The notes: a model not told the origin generated them from the letters alone. A stretch of 62,143 nucleotides of DNA from Candidatus Cloacimonadota bacterium (GCA_023129415.1 JAGMCF010000110.1:1-62143), one strand, 5' to 3'; positions 49,155 through 59,155 are shown, counted from the first letter of the stretch. Translations and numbers: made by a program.

Positions 49155-49370
49155 AAGAAAACAGGCAAATACACAACTGATTTAGAAAACCAGATAGATT
49201 TAATGGCTTATAAATTATACGAGCTAACTTATGAGGAAATAAAAATCGTTGATTCAGAAGCAGATAGAGTTCTGGCATCTTTTGATTTGAGTAAAGCGGA
49301 TTATGAAAGGATGAGCGTGTCAGGCTTCACAAAGCTACGCCCAGACAAGGAGGAGTTAAGCAAGACTTGA
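49155..49370 (+). pseudogene. C-terminal relic of a type IIG (Eco57I/TaqI-like) R-M enzyme
   Basis: TTDLENQIDLMAYKLYELTYEEIKIVD...; 30-nt in-frame palindromic insert at 49320-49349. Confidence 0.75.
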
Positions 49371-49541
49371 TTCGCAGTGAACGAAGAGAGTGTGAATTGA
49401 GGATTGCGAATGAGAGAAATGAGATGGTTGTGTTTTGTCATTCTCGCTCCACACTTAATTGCGGAGCAAGTCTGACAAGGCGGATTAAAAGTGGATGATT
49501 GTTTAAGAGTTAGCAAGAATTAGTATTATTAAGGAGGAATA

Positions 49542-50384
49542 ATGGAAACAAAAATAGCAGTTTTTAAAACTAAAGAAATCAGAAAAAGAATATTTAATAA
49601 TGAATGGTGGTTTGTTGTTGAAGATGTTGTTTTTGCTTTAACTGACTCTGTTAATGTAAAAGACTATATAAAAAAAATGCGACGTCGTGATGAGGAACTT
49701 ACTAAAGGGTGGGGACAATTTGTCACCACCCTTGAGATAGATACAAAAGGTGGTGTCCAAAAGGTTAATTGTGCCAATACTGAAGGTATTTTTCGTATCA
49801 TCCAATCCATACCATCATCAAAAGCAGAACCTTTCAAACGCTGGCTGGCTCGTGTCGGTTATGAACGGGTTCAGGAAATTGAAGACCCGGAATTAGCAAC
49901 AAAAAGAACTAAAGCTCTTTATAAAGCAAAAGGTTATTCGGAAAATTGGATCGAGAAGAGGATGAGAGGAATTGCCATCAGGGAAGAACTTACTGATGAA
50001 TGGGAAAAAAGAAAAATTAAAGAACAAAGAGAATATGCAATTCTCACTTCTGAAATTTCCAAAGCTGCTTTTGGACTTACTCCTTCTGAATACAAAAATC
50101 TGAAAGGATTAAAACGGGAAAACCTACGTGATCATATGAATGATCTGGAACTGATTTTCTCAATGCTGGGTGAAGCTGCTACAACAGAAATAACAAGAAA
50201 CAGAAATGCTAAAGGATTTCCCAAATTAAAAAAAGCTGCAAAAGATGGTGGTGATGTAGCAGGGAAAGCTCGTAAAGACTTGGAAAGGAAAAGCGGTAAG
50301 AAAGTATCTACAAAAGAGAATTATTTATTAAAATCACGAAAACAGAAGAAATTAGATAAGAATGAAGGAAAAATCAATATCTGA
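49542..50384 (+). CDS. Bro-N domain protein
   Basis: EWWFVVEDVV, QSIPSSKAEPFKRWLA and NLRDHM motifs. Confidence 0.9.
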   Translation: METKIAVFKTKEIRKRIFNNEWWFVVEDVVFALTDSVNVKDYIKKMRRRDEELTKGWGQFVTTLEIDTKGGVQKVNCANTEGIFRIIQSIPSSKAEPFKRWLARVGYERVQEIEDPELATKRTKALYKAKGYSENWIEKRMRGIAIREELTDEWEKRKIKEQREYAILTSEISKAAFGLTPSEYKNLKGLKRENLRDHMNDLELIFSMLGEAATTEITRNRNAKGFPKLKKAAKDGGDVAGKARKDLERKSGKKVSTKENYLLKSRKQKKLDKNEGKINI

Positions 50385-50422
50385 ATTATCAAAGCCGTAA
50401 AAGACATTTAAGATTAAAAATT

Positions 50423-50545
50423 ATAATGATCTATAAATCCACCCTTCTGGGGATAAATTATACGAGCTAACTTATGAGTAAGTAAAAATTGTTGCCCAAG
50501 AGTTTTGGATAAGTAAGAAAGAATATGAAAACAATTTGAAATTAG
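50423..50545 (+). pseudogene. Second C-terminal relic of a type IIG R-M enzyme
   Basis: MIYK..LYELTYE*VKIVAQEFWISKKEYE; 26-nt exact match to 49210-49235. Confidence 0.7.
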
Positions 50546-50602
50546 GAATTAAAAAATGCGAAATTACAACAATTCCTTATTATCTAAATATTGAATGAAT
50601 AG

Positions 50603-50818
50603 GTTTAAGTTCTACATTCCATCAAAACCCCGAATACATACTTCGTATTCTACAGGGGCAGGCAAGAATTGAAACTTCAGTTTATCTCAAAAATTCAGTC
50701 TATCTCAATGAGTTTAGTTTAATCATTCCATTAAAACCCCGAACATCCCGATAAATCGGGACTACGGGGCAGGCCCCAGTGAAATATATTACGAATTTCA
50801 CGGGGCAGGCAAGGATTG
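50603..50818 (+). CRISPR. Orphan degenerate mini-array (repeat, 36-nt spacer, repeat), both repeats interrupted by insertions
   Basis: With inserts removed: GTTTAAGTTCTACATTCCATCAAAAC^AAGAATTGAAAC and GTTTAGTTTAATCATTCCATTAAAAC^AAGGATTG. Confidence 0.6.
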
Positions 50819-51057
50819 CCCCGACTCGTCGGGATGACTTGCTAAAGCAAGCCAAAATTTTAATAATAGTTTCACAATTATTTCACATTTTTAATTTTTC
50901 GTTTTTTATTTTCTATTGTTTATTTATTTGTGTCCCCGATTTAATCGGGGATTAGTGGCTATATTTAATCTTTATTTTAATTAAATTGACAAATCAAACT
51001 TACAATAAATAATTTGATTATGAATTTTAATTAAAGTCATTCGTGGAGGTATTTGAA

Positions 51058-52134
51058 ATGAAGGCACTTGTGCTCTGTGCTGGAAAAGGTACTCGTCTTC
51101 AACCTATTACCTATTCTTTGCCAAAACATGTAATACCTATTGCAAATCAGCCAATTGTTTTTCATATTATTAAAAAATTAGTAAACTTAGGAATTACAGA
51201 AATAGGTCTAATCGTTGGATATAAACAGGAAATTATAAGGCAAGTTGTTGGTAATGGTGTGCAACTTGGTGCTAAAGTTGAATATTTTGTTCAGGAAGAA
51301 CCAAAAGGTTTGGCTCATGCAGTAAAAATTGGACAATCATTTGTTGGTTCAGAACCATTTATAGTATTTCTTGGAGATAATATATTTGAAGATGATCTGA
51401 GTAATTTAGTTAAACGATATGAAAAAGAAAAGCCTGACAGTATTATCATCCTCAAAGAGGTTGATGAACCACAGAGGTTTGGAATTGCAACTATGGATGG
51501 TGATAGATTGGTCAAGGTAGTAGAGAAACCCAAAGAACCTCCATCAAATCTGGCAATTGCTGGGGTATATATTTTTGATGAAAGGGTCTTCTTTGCTATT
51601 GATAATCTTAAACCTTCATGGCGTGGTGAATATGAAATTACAGATGCAATTCAGGCACTTATTGATCAAAATTTAATTGTAAAAGGTGAAATTCTTAAAG
51701 GGAAGTGGCTGGATACCGGAAAACCTGAAGATATATTAGATGCCAACCAATATCTTATGAATAAACTAAAAGGTTTGTATATTCATGGAGATATTGATGA
51801 AATTTCTGTATTGGAGAATTCCGTGTATATAGGGAAAAATAGCAAAATTGAAAATTGCAAAATAATTGGTCCTATTATTATTGGGGAAAAATGTTTCATA
51901 TCAAATTCCTCTTTATATCCAAATACATGTATTGGTAACAATTCTAAAATCGCTGATACAGAAATTGAAAATAGTATCATTATGAAAAATAGTTCAATTT
52001 CAAATATTAAAGGGAGAATTTCAGATAGTATAATTGGTGAAAATGTTAATATTCATTCTCCTGATAAAATCGGGACTATTAAAAATGAATGCAAAATGAT
52101 ATTTGGAAATGATGCTGTGCTAATATGTGAATAA
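51058..52134 (+). CDS. Glucose-1-phosphate thymidylyltransferase (long form)
   Basis: AGKGTRLQP, QEEPKGLAHA, EKP and WLDTG motifs; hexapeptide tail. Confidence 0.9.
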   Translation: MKALVLCAGKGTRLQPITYSLPKHVIPIANQPIVFHIIKKLVNLGITEIGLIVGYKQEIIRQVVGNGVQLGAKVEYFVQEEPKGLAHAVKIGQSFVGSEPFIVFLGDNIFEDDLSNLVKRYEKEKPDSIIILKEVDEPQRFGIATMDGDRLVKVVEKPKEPPSNLAIAGVYIFDERVFFAIDNLKPSWRGEYEITDAIQALIDQNLIVKGEILKGKWLDTGKPEDILDANQYLMNKLKGLYIHGDIDEISVLENSVYIGKNSKIENCKIIGPIIIGEKCFISNSSLYPNTCIGNNSKIADTEIENSIIMKNSSISNIKGRISDSIIGENVNIHSPDKIGTIKNECKMIFGNDAVLICE

Positions 52135-52229
52135 GTAAATTGGTTAATTAGTAAATTGGTTAATTGGTGAATTAGTGAACTGGTAAATTGGTGAATTGGT
52201 AAATTGGTGAACTGGTTAATTAGTAAATG
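52134..52229 (+). repeat. Twelve tandem 8-mers (RGTDAAYT) starting at the stop codon
   Basis: agtaaatt ggttaatt agtaaatt ggttaatt ggtgaatt agtgaact ... Confidence 0.9.
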
Positions 52230-52309
52230 TAATAGATATGAATATAAAAATAGAAATTAAAATAATCTCCTAAATACATGATTTATTTCATGAAATAGAA
52301 AGAATCACA

Positions 52310-53041
52310 ATGAAGGTTGTTGCTATAATTCCAGCTCGATATGATTCCAAGCGTCTGCCTGGTAAACCCTTGATAAAAATTCATAATAAGCCACTTATTC
52401 AAATAGTATATGAAAATGTTGAAAAGACAAAACTTTTTTACAATGTAATTATTGCTACAGATGATAAGAGAATATATAAAGCAGTAAAATCTTTTAAAGG
52501 TAAAGTTGAGATGACATCTCAAAAGCATAAATGCGGAACAGAAAGAGTTGCTGAAGTTGCTTATAAAATTAATGCTGATATTTTTTTAAATATTCAGGGA
52601 GATGAGTTATTTATCACAAAAGAACCACTTAAAAAGTTAATACAAACATTTTCAGACACCAATGTATTAGTTGCCACACTCATTCATCCGATTTCTGATA
52701 TTGAGGAGATAAAAAATCCTAACAAGGTAAAAGTTATTTTTGATAAGAACGATTTTGCAATATATTTTTCTCGTTCACCTCTTCCATATAAACAAAATAG
52801 CAAAGACAAGAATTTTATTTATTATGGGCATATCGGTGTGTATGCGTTTCGAAAAAGTATGCTCTTTAAGTTTTCCTCCTTAAAACAGTCAGCACTTGAA
52901 CAAGCAGAAAAATTAGAACAGCTGAGGTTGATAGAAAATGATATTAAAATAAAAGTAGTTAAAACTGATTATTCTGGATTTAGTATTAATACAGAAGCTG
53001 ATTTTAATAATGCTTTAAACTATAAACAAGAGAATCATTAA
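52310..53041 (+). CDS. kdsB: CMP-Kdo synthetase
   Basis: IPARYDSKRLPGKPL, NIQGDE and EKLEQLR motifs. Confidence 0.95.
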   Translation: MKVVAIIPARYDSKRLPGKPLIKIHNKPLIQIVYENVEKTKLFYNVIIATDDKRIYKAVKSFKGKVEMTSQKHKCGTERVAEVAYKINADIFLNIQGDELFITKEPLKKLIQTFSDTNVLVATLIHPISDIEEIKNPNKVKVIFDKNDFAIYFSRSPLPYKQNSKDKNFIYYGHIGVYAFRKSMLFKFSSLKQSALEQAEKLEQLRLIENDIKIKVVKTDYSGFSINTEADFNNALNYKQENH

Positions 53042-53219
53042 ATCTCTTAAAAATACTATCTTTGAGGTTAATTATTTCAAGCTATGTCAAATTCTTGTTT
53101 ATTGATTATTGTGATTTTGATAGAAAGATACTTGACAGTATATAAAAGAAATATGTAGAAAGGTTAATATACTTTTATTATCAAATTATTTAAAAGTAAA
53201 AAATCAACAGGAGGTAAGA

Positions 53220-53489
53220 ATGGACACACCAACAATTCTTGGAACCATTGGACTTGCCATAATTGTTATTGCATGGATTGTACAACTTATCAATACTTTG
53301 GGAAAATCAATAACTCTTAGCCTTTTCTTTGTTTGGCTTCATTTAATTGGAGTATTGTCAATTGTTATTTCCAGTATTGGATTTAAATCCATTGCTATTA
53401 TTGTACTAACCATAATATTGGCTATATTAGCAATTATTACAATAATTGTTTATCCAAAAAAGAAATTGGAGACCAAAGAAGAGAAATAA
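53220..53489 (+). CDS. Small three-TM membrane protein
   Basis: AGGAGG RBS; three hydrophobic helices. Confidence 0.75.
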   Translation: MDTPTILGTIGLAIIVIAWIVQLINTLGKSITLSLFFVWLHLIGVLSIVISSIGFKSIAIIVLTIILAILAIITIIVYPKKKLETKEEK

Positions 53490-53734
53490 TCTACAAGAAA
53501 ATTTCCAAACTGCTGATATTATACATCACATATTCGTTTTAGTTCAAAATGTAGAGTCACTTACATTTTAAAATTAAAACAAGAGCTTCAGACTGATATT
53601 ATTGAAAAGGAGTTTATTACCTTACTCATTAATAGAAATCCAGGAAGCTTATAATGAATGATACAAAGGGAAAAAATTGAATAGAAAATTGTCTTAAGGG
53701 AGCATTCTCTGATATGATTTATATTTCTTATTTT

Positions 53735-53953
53735 ATGAGATCTGCAAAATAGATGTTTTTAGAATTAGCCCCCTGATTTATCAGGGAGAACCTAAAAAGA
53801 AGAAATACTTAACCGATTCATCGGTTTCTCATAAACTCCTTCTGTAATCGGGTAAACTGTTGAAATAGTTAAAATATTCTTTAATTTGTTTACCCCACAA
53901 TAAATTGTGGGGCTAACCCTAATTTATATTTTATCATATTTTGCAGATCTCAT
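53735..53953. mobile_element. MITE-like element with perfect 17-bp TIR ATGAGATCTGCAAAATA
   Basis: TIRs at 53735-53751 and 53937-53953; inner ttagcccc..ggggctaa hairpin pair; near-duplicated tttcttattt flanks. Confidence 0.8.
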
Positions 53954-53981
53954 TTTCTTATTTATTGAAAGGACTTAATTC

Positions 53982-55325
53982 ATGAATAAAGATAGTAAAT
54001 CCGAATTCAAAAAAGTGGCAGATAAAATCTTTTCTATATCAACAGCAGATGAAACAGAGATTTTGCTTTTTAAATCTAAACATTCTTTAACAAGATATGC
54101 TGAAAATTATATTCATCAGAATGTAAGTAATCAATCTACTTATTTGAGAATAAGGACAATCTTTGGCAAAAAGACAGCTACAGCATCAACAGATTCATTT
54201 TCAGATAATGCTTTAAAACAAACAGTTGATAATGCCATCTCAGCAACAAAATTACAAAAGGATAATCCAAAATTATTACCTCTCCCTGGTCCTCAAAAAT
54301 ATCAAACTGTTAACAATTATTCACAAGCTACAGATGAAGCAACTCCAGAAATAAGAGCAAACGAAGTCACAAAAGCTGTAAATCTTTGCAAGAAACACAA
54401 ATTAGAAGGAGCTGGTATTTTTTCCTCAAAAACTTCAGAAATCGCGATATCAAATTCTACTGGCTTATTTGCGTATGATGTTTCAACCCAGGCAAAATTT
54501 AGTATCACAGCAATGAAGGATACAGCTTCAGGTTGGAATGAGATAATAAGAAAAAATATTGATGAAATTGATGTTGAAAAATCTACTGAAATTGCAATTG
54601 TGAAAGCAGAAAAAAGTCAATATCCTTTTGATTTGAAAACTGGAAAATACACAGTAATTATGGAACCTGCAGCTGTTGCTGAATTTATCCTGTTTTTACT
54701 ATGGAAGGGATTTAATGGAATGGATTATATTGAAGGAACCTCATTTCTTAAAGAAGGATTAAATAAGAAAATTTTTAGTGAAAAATTCTCAATTCTTGAG
54801 GACCCATACAACCCAAAAAATAGTGGCAATCCTTTTGATTTTGAAGGAATACCTGTAAAAAAAATGCTTTTAATTGAAAATGGAGTTCCAAAAAATTTTG
54901 CTACAAATCGTTGGATAGCAAAACAAACTGGGGTTGAAAACAATGGTCATGCAATTCCCCTACCTCGTCAGGGTGCATATCCTTTTGCAATGTGTATTAA
55001 ACCTGGTATGAGTTCATTAAAAAAAATGATTAAAATCACAAACTATGGAGTTTTAGTAACACACTTCCATTATTCTAATATAATCGATCCTGTTGCTTTA
55101 TTAACAACTGGTATGACAAGGGATGGTTTCTTCTTAATAGAAAATGGAAAAATCACAAAGCCTTTGAAAAATATGCGTTTTAATGAAAGTGTTATAAATA
55201 TCTTTTCAAATATAGAAGAAATTGGGAAAGCGACAGAACTTGCAAGTGCTTTCTTTGGTGGTGGTTTCCTTGTTCCAGCAATGAAGATAAGGAACTTTAA
55301 TTTTTCCAGTCCAACTGAGTTTTAA
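53982..55325 (+). CDS. pmbA: TldE/PmbA family protein
   Basis: TRYAENYIHQN, PFDFEG and TGMTRDG motifs; no HExxxH. Confidence 0.85.
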   Translation: MNKDSKSEFKKVADKIFSISTADETEILLFKSKHSLTRYAENYIHQNVSNQSTYLRIRTIFGKKTATASTDSFSDNALKQTVDNAISATKLQKDNPKLLPLPGPQKYQTVNNYSQATDEATPEIRANEVTKAVNLCKKHKLEGAGIFSSKTSEIAISNSTGLFAYDVSTQAKFSITAMKDTASGWNEIIRKNIDEIDVEKSTEIAIVKAEKSQYPFDLKTGKYTVIMEPAAVAEFILFLLWKGFNGMDYIEGTSFLKEGLNKKIFSEKFSILEDPYNPKNSGNPFDFEGIPVKKMLLIENGVPKNFATNRWIAKQTGVENNGHAIPLPRQGAYPFAMCIKPGMSSLKKMIKITNYGVLVTHFHYSNIIDPVALLTTGMTRDGFFLIENGKITKPLKNMRFNESVINIFSNIEEIGKATELASAFFGGGFLVPAMKIRNFNFSSPTEF

Positions 55326-55334
55326 AATCAGCCA

Positions 55335-55409
55335 CCTGCCCTATTAGTTGGCAAAATCTATCAAATATAGTAAAAAGCGTGGTATCTAATAGGATTCTAT
55401 CTAATGGGG
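55335..55409. repeat. CCTGCCC..TTAG...CTAA..GGGG palindromic element
   Basis: Same termini as the elements at 13172-13269 and 12907-12942. Confidence 0.6.
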
Positions 55410-55428
55410 TAAATTCGTGGCTATTCTT

Positions 55429-57039
55429 TTACCAAATCTTCTGCTTTCTCTCATCAATTGTAAAAATCCTTACTTCAGGACTTTCATCTTCATCCTCTAA
55501 TTTGTATAACGAATTTTTATAATTATAATCAAAGAAAATCGAATCAGTTTGAGTTGTTATAGAATCTACAAGTGTGTGCCAGTCATTTTCTGCCCAGATA
55601 TAAAGTTTATAATTGCAATCTGGTTTGATTTTGTATTTACTACCTTTAGCGATTCTTTCAGCAATGAAACTATCTTCATTTTTAATTTTCTTGTCAATAG
55701 GTTGATTATCAAATTTTTCAATTAATCCTTCATCTGTTAGAATAAAAGGATTATCAGCACCTTTAAGTTCGTATTTGTCTTTTTTATCTTTCTTTTTAAC
55801 AGAATCAACTTTCTCATAATAAGTAGGAAGATAAGCAATATCTTTACCCATTTTTGTAAAGATGGTTTTTCCTGTACTGTCAATTTTACCCCAATGAATT
55901 GCTTTCCATTTACTTGAATTAAAAACTGCAAGATATGCCCATTTCCTCTCTGGGTTAAGGTTTAATACGACATCTGATGTTTCTACATAATCATCAGTTA
56001 CATCACGATAATTTTTGCCACTTAGCCATGGTGGTGCTTTCTCATCCTCAGCTAATTGACTTGCATGCGAACCCTCCTCTTCAAAAAAGAGTCTCCTATA
56101 TACTTTGGCAATCTTTCGATTTAATTTATATTTTCCTGGATTAGCTTCACAACCCATAAAAGGTATAACTTCCCCATTTGGCAGAATTAGGGCATTCCAC
56201 GCATGATTATTTGTTCCATCAGGCCAATGAGGAGTATAGTCGCTTGTAACAGCAAGTCCATTTGCACGCATTGCATAAATAGTAAAATTTGTCATATCCT
56301 CACATCTACCCAAACCATTTTTAAGCATTTCTTCTAAACTTTGATCAGTTGGATGAAGATAAAACACATCCTTAAAAGTGAACATTTTCTTACAACAATC
56401 ATTTATAAAATAAGATAGTTTTAATGGGTCATCTGTGGAATCACGAAGAGAAGAAAATTCATTCCAAAAATAAGTTCGCCAATCAGAAATAGGTTCTGAA
56501 GAACCTCTGTAAGGTAAAACATATTCCAAAAAACCTTGCCAGCCAAGTTGCTTTGTCCAAGGTAGAGTTTCATAAGCCAGAAAAGCATTATCAATATGTG
56601 AGATAAGAAAATCGGCAGTGACTGTCTTTATATCCTCTCTCTTCTCTTTTAACTTCCAATGGAATTCCTGATCTCTTTCAGTCTCTAAAGAATCTAAATA
56701 GTCGTTAATCTCTCTATAATTATTAAAATCCATCACATCAAAAATAATCTCGTTTTCCAGAGAATCCACTAGAATAATGTCAGCAAAGCAGTGGTCTTGC
56801 ATATTCGCAATAAGAAAAGAAGCTGCTTCTAATTTTTGTGGATTATCTAAATAATGATAGAGAACTTTCTTTAACTCGTTCTTATTTTTGCTTGCTGCTT
56901 TGACAGTCTCAATAATATTTTTATGATATTTCATTGGAATATTTTCAGTTACTGTTTTAAGTGAACAAATTACAAGGTAACTACAACCATATAAAATAGT
57001 AACAATTATGAAAATTAAAAATTTTTGAAATACTCTCAT
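55429..57039 (-). CDS. Transglutaminase-like domain putative lipoprotein
   Basis: LYGC lipobox-like; GRCED and NHAWN catalytic Cys/His. Confidence 0.8.
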   Translation of the reverse strand: MRVFQKFLIFIIVTILYGCSYLVICSLKTVTENIPMKYHKNIIETVKAASKNKNELKKVLYHYLDNPQKLEAASFLIANMQDHCFADIILVDSLENEIIFDVMDFNNYREINDYLDSLETERDQEFHWKLKEKREDIKTVTADFLISHIDNAFLAYETLPWTKQLGWQGFLEYVLPYRGSSEPISDWRTYFWNEFSSLRDSTDDPLKLSYFINDCCKKMFTFKDVFYLHPTDQSLEEMLKNGLGRCEDMTNFTIYAMRANGLAVTSDYTPHWPDGTNNHAWNALILPNGEVIPFMGCEANPGKYKLNRKIAKVYRRLFFEEEGSHASQLAEDEKAPPWLSGKNYRDVTDDYVETSDVVLNLNPERKWAYLAVFNSSKWKAIHWGKIDSTGKTIFTKMGKDIAYLPTYYEKVDSVKKKDKKDKYELKGADNPFILTDEGLIEKFDNQPIDKKIKNEDSFIAERIAKGSKYKIKPDCNYKLYIWAENDWHTLVDSITTQTDSIFFDYNYKNSLYKLEDEDESPEVRIFTIDERKQKIW

Positions 57040-57091
57040 ATAATTTCTCCAGAATTTTATTCATTCAAATAGTAATAAATAGTCAAAAGTA

Positions 57092-57249
57092 GTCAAATGA
57101 GCCTTTGGCTCGTCAAACATAGTCATATGCTCCTTTGGAAGCGTTAAATGTGCCTTCGGCTCGTCAAACATAGTCATATGCTCCTTTGGAGCGTCAAATG
57201 TGCCTTCGGCTCGTCAAACATAGTCATATGCTCCTTCGGAGCGTTAAAT
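57092..57249. repeat. Three tandem ~50-bp units, each with two small hairpins
   Basis: gtcaaatgtgccttcggctcgtcaaacatagtcatatgctccttcggagc repeated three times. Confidence 0.92.
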
Positions 57250-57394
57250 ATTGTCCATTATGGCATCATAACGTATGACCATTTATGACAGCGTAGCGTT
57301 TTGACCATTTATGACGGGCTTTCCCGATAAATCGGGATCTGCCTCAGGCATGATAGCCCCTATGACAGCGAAGCATTCTGACAACTTTAGTTAT

Positions 57395-58840
57395 CTATTT
57401 CTTAACTCCAACTGTAACTTTTCTAAACCTTGCTGGAGCAGCTCCATGAGACATTTCTGCTCTTTGTCCCGGTTGACCTTTCCCACAATTAGGAACTCCG
57501 TAAAGCATCCATTCTTCTTCACCACAGATAGCATCACAACTTTGCCAGAATTTTGGTGTAATGCCTTGATAGGTTGGATTTTTAACCATCCTTACTTTCT
57601 TGCCATTCTTGATTTCCCACCCAATTTCAGTAGTAAATTGAAAATTTAATCTTCGCTGGTCAATGCTCCAGGTTTTATTGCACTCAACAAATAATCCATC
57701 TTTCGTGTCTGCAATTAAATCATCCAATGAACCACTAACAGGCATAAGTGAAATGTTTATCATTCTAATCATAGGAATATTATCATATCCATCTGCACGA
57801 TTACACCCACGACTTCTATTCTCATCAATAGTATGAGCAAATTCTCTATTGGTGAGATACATCTTATAAAGACCATTCTGAATAATATGATATCTTTGAG
57901 CTTGCACGCCATCATCATCATAACCAAAGGTTGCAAGTCCGGTTGGAACTGTCGCATCTGCAACAACATTTACAATCGGTGATGCATAGTGGAAATTTTT
58001 ATATAAATCGGTAGTTATAAAGCTTCTTCCAGCATAATTTGCTTCCATTCCAAGTACTCTATCTAATTCTGATGGATGCCCAATTGATTCGTGAATCTGT
58101 AAAGCAAGTTGTCCACCACCAATTATAAGGTCCTTCTCCCCTACTGGACAATCTGGAGCAGATAACAAAGCAATTGCTTCTTCTCTAACTCTTTCTGCAT
58201 TTTCTAATAATGGAGTTGCAAGAATGAATTCATAACCCATTTGAATATGCTGACCACCATGAGATTCTGGATAGGAGCGTCTTTGCACTTCATTACCTTC
58301 TACAGCAGTCGCAGAATATCCACAGCCACAACGAAGTAAATTCTGCTCAATAAAAGTTCCTTCAGATGTTGCAAGCCATTGATGTTCATTCCAGAAATTC
58401 ATCCCAGATTCAGCAACTTTTATTAGCTTATCTTTCCTTAATACTGCATCAATTTTATATAATAAATCAACTTTATTTTCTAATGGCACATTAAATGGAT
58501 TAATTAGATATGGTGATGTCCAGATATCATTATGAACAGGTTCAAAGGCAAGTTTTACACTCTCCTTTCGTAAGGTTGCAGATGCTTTGGCAACCTTTAC
58601 TGCTAATGTAGCTGTTCTCTTTATCTCATTTTTCGTAAGATTTGAACTTGATGCAAAACCCCACGAACCATTAGCAATAACTCTTATACCAAAACCAAGA
58701 GAATTGTCATTATTCATCGTTTCAATTTCACCATTTTTTACACCTATTGATTGAGATTTTGAATCAATAATTCTTATATCTGCATACGATGCTCCGCAAG
58801 AAATAGCGGTATCTAAAGCAAGTTCCGTAAAATCTTTCAT
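57395..58840 (-). CDS. tldD: TldD metalloprotease
   Basis: HESIGH and CGKGQP motifs; start 58840 after GGAGG. Confidence 0.93.
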   Translation of the reverse strand: MKDFTELALDTAISCGASYADIRIIDSKSQSIGVKNGEIETMNNDNSLGFGIRVIANGSWGFASSSNLTKNEIKRTATLAVKVAKASATLRKESVKLAFEPVHNDIWTSPYLINPFNVPLENKVDLLYKIDAVLRKDKLIKVAESGMNFWNEHQWLATSEGTFIEQNLLRCGCGYSATAVEGNEVQRRSYPESHGGQHIQMGYEFILATPLLENAERVREEAIALLSAPDCPVGEKDLIIGGGQLALQIHESIGHPSELDRVLGMEANYAGRSFITTDLYKNFHYASPIVNVVADATVPTGLATFGYDDDGVQAQRYHIIQNGLYKMYLTNREFAHTIDENRSRGCNRADGYDNIPMIRMINISLMPVSGSLDDLIADTKDGLFVECNKTWSIDQRRLNFQFTTEIGWEIKNGKKVRMVKNPTYQGITPKFWQSCDAICGEEEWMLYGVPNCGKGQPGQRAEMSHGAAPARFRKVTVGVKK

Positions 58841-58878
58841 TAAATCCTCCATAATTATTTTGACACCCTGAATAAATA

Positions 58879-59077
58879 GTGTCTGTCTGTAAAGTCCACC
58901 CAATTAAATTGGGGGTTGTAGAACGACCTTTCCGTCTGGGCGCCGAGACCGACCAAGGTCGTTACTGTAAATAGGCTTTAAATGTGCCATAAGAAAACGA
59001 GTTCACCCTTCGTAGTCCCGATTGTATCGGGACGGAGAACGGGCTAGGAACCTCGTTCTACATTTAGGGACAGACAC
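58879..59077. mobile_element. Inverted copy of the 10270-10390 MITE carrying extra nested insertions
   Basis: Same TIR and REP pair; aataaata direct repeat on both flanks. Confidence 0.82.
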
Positions 59078-59155
59078 AATAAATAGTCTAACCTTTAATG
59101 TGGCAAGAAAAATCATAAAAAAAATAAATTTTACATTTTCAAACTTACTATATAA

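Noticed and set aside
49542-50384. Bro-N and ORF6N genes as prophage evidence
   Set aside because: No phage structural, replication or integrase genes in the window.
52134-52229. 8-mer array as a CRISPR or iteron set
   Set aside because: Contiguous degenerate units without spacers; no rep gene.
57092-57249. 50-bp tandem repeat as a CRISPR array
   Set aside because: Units are contiguous and near-identical, with no variable spacers.
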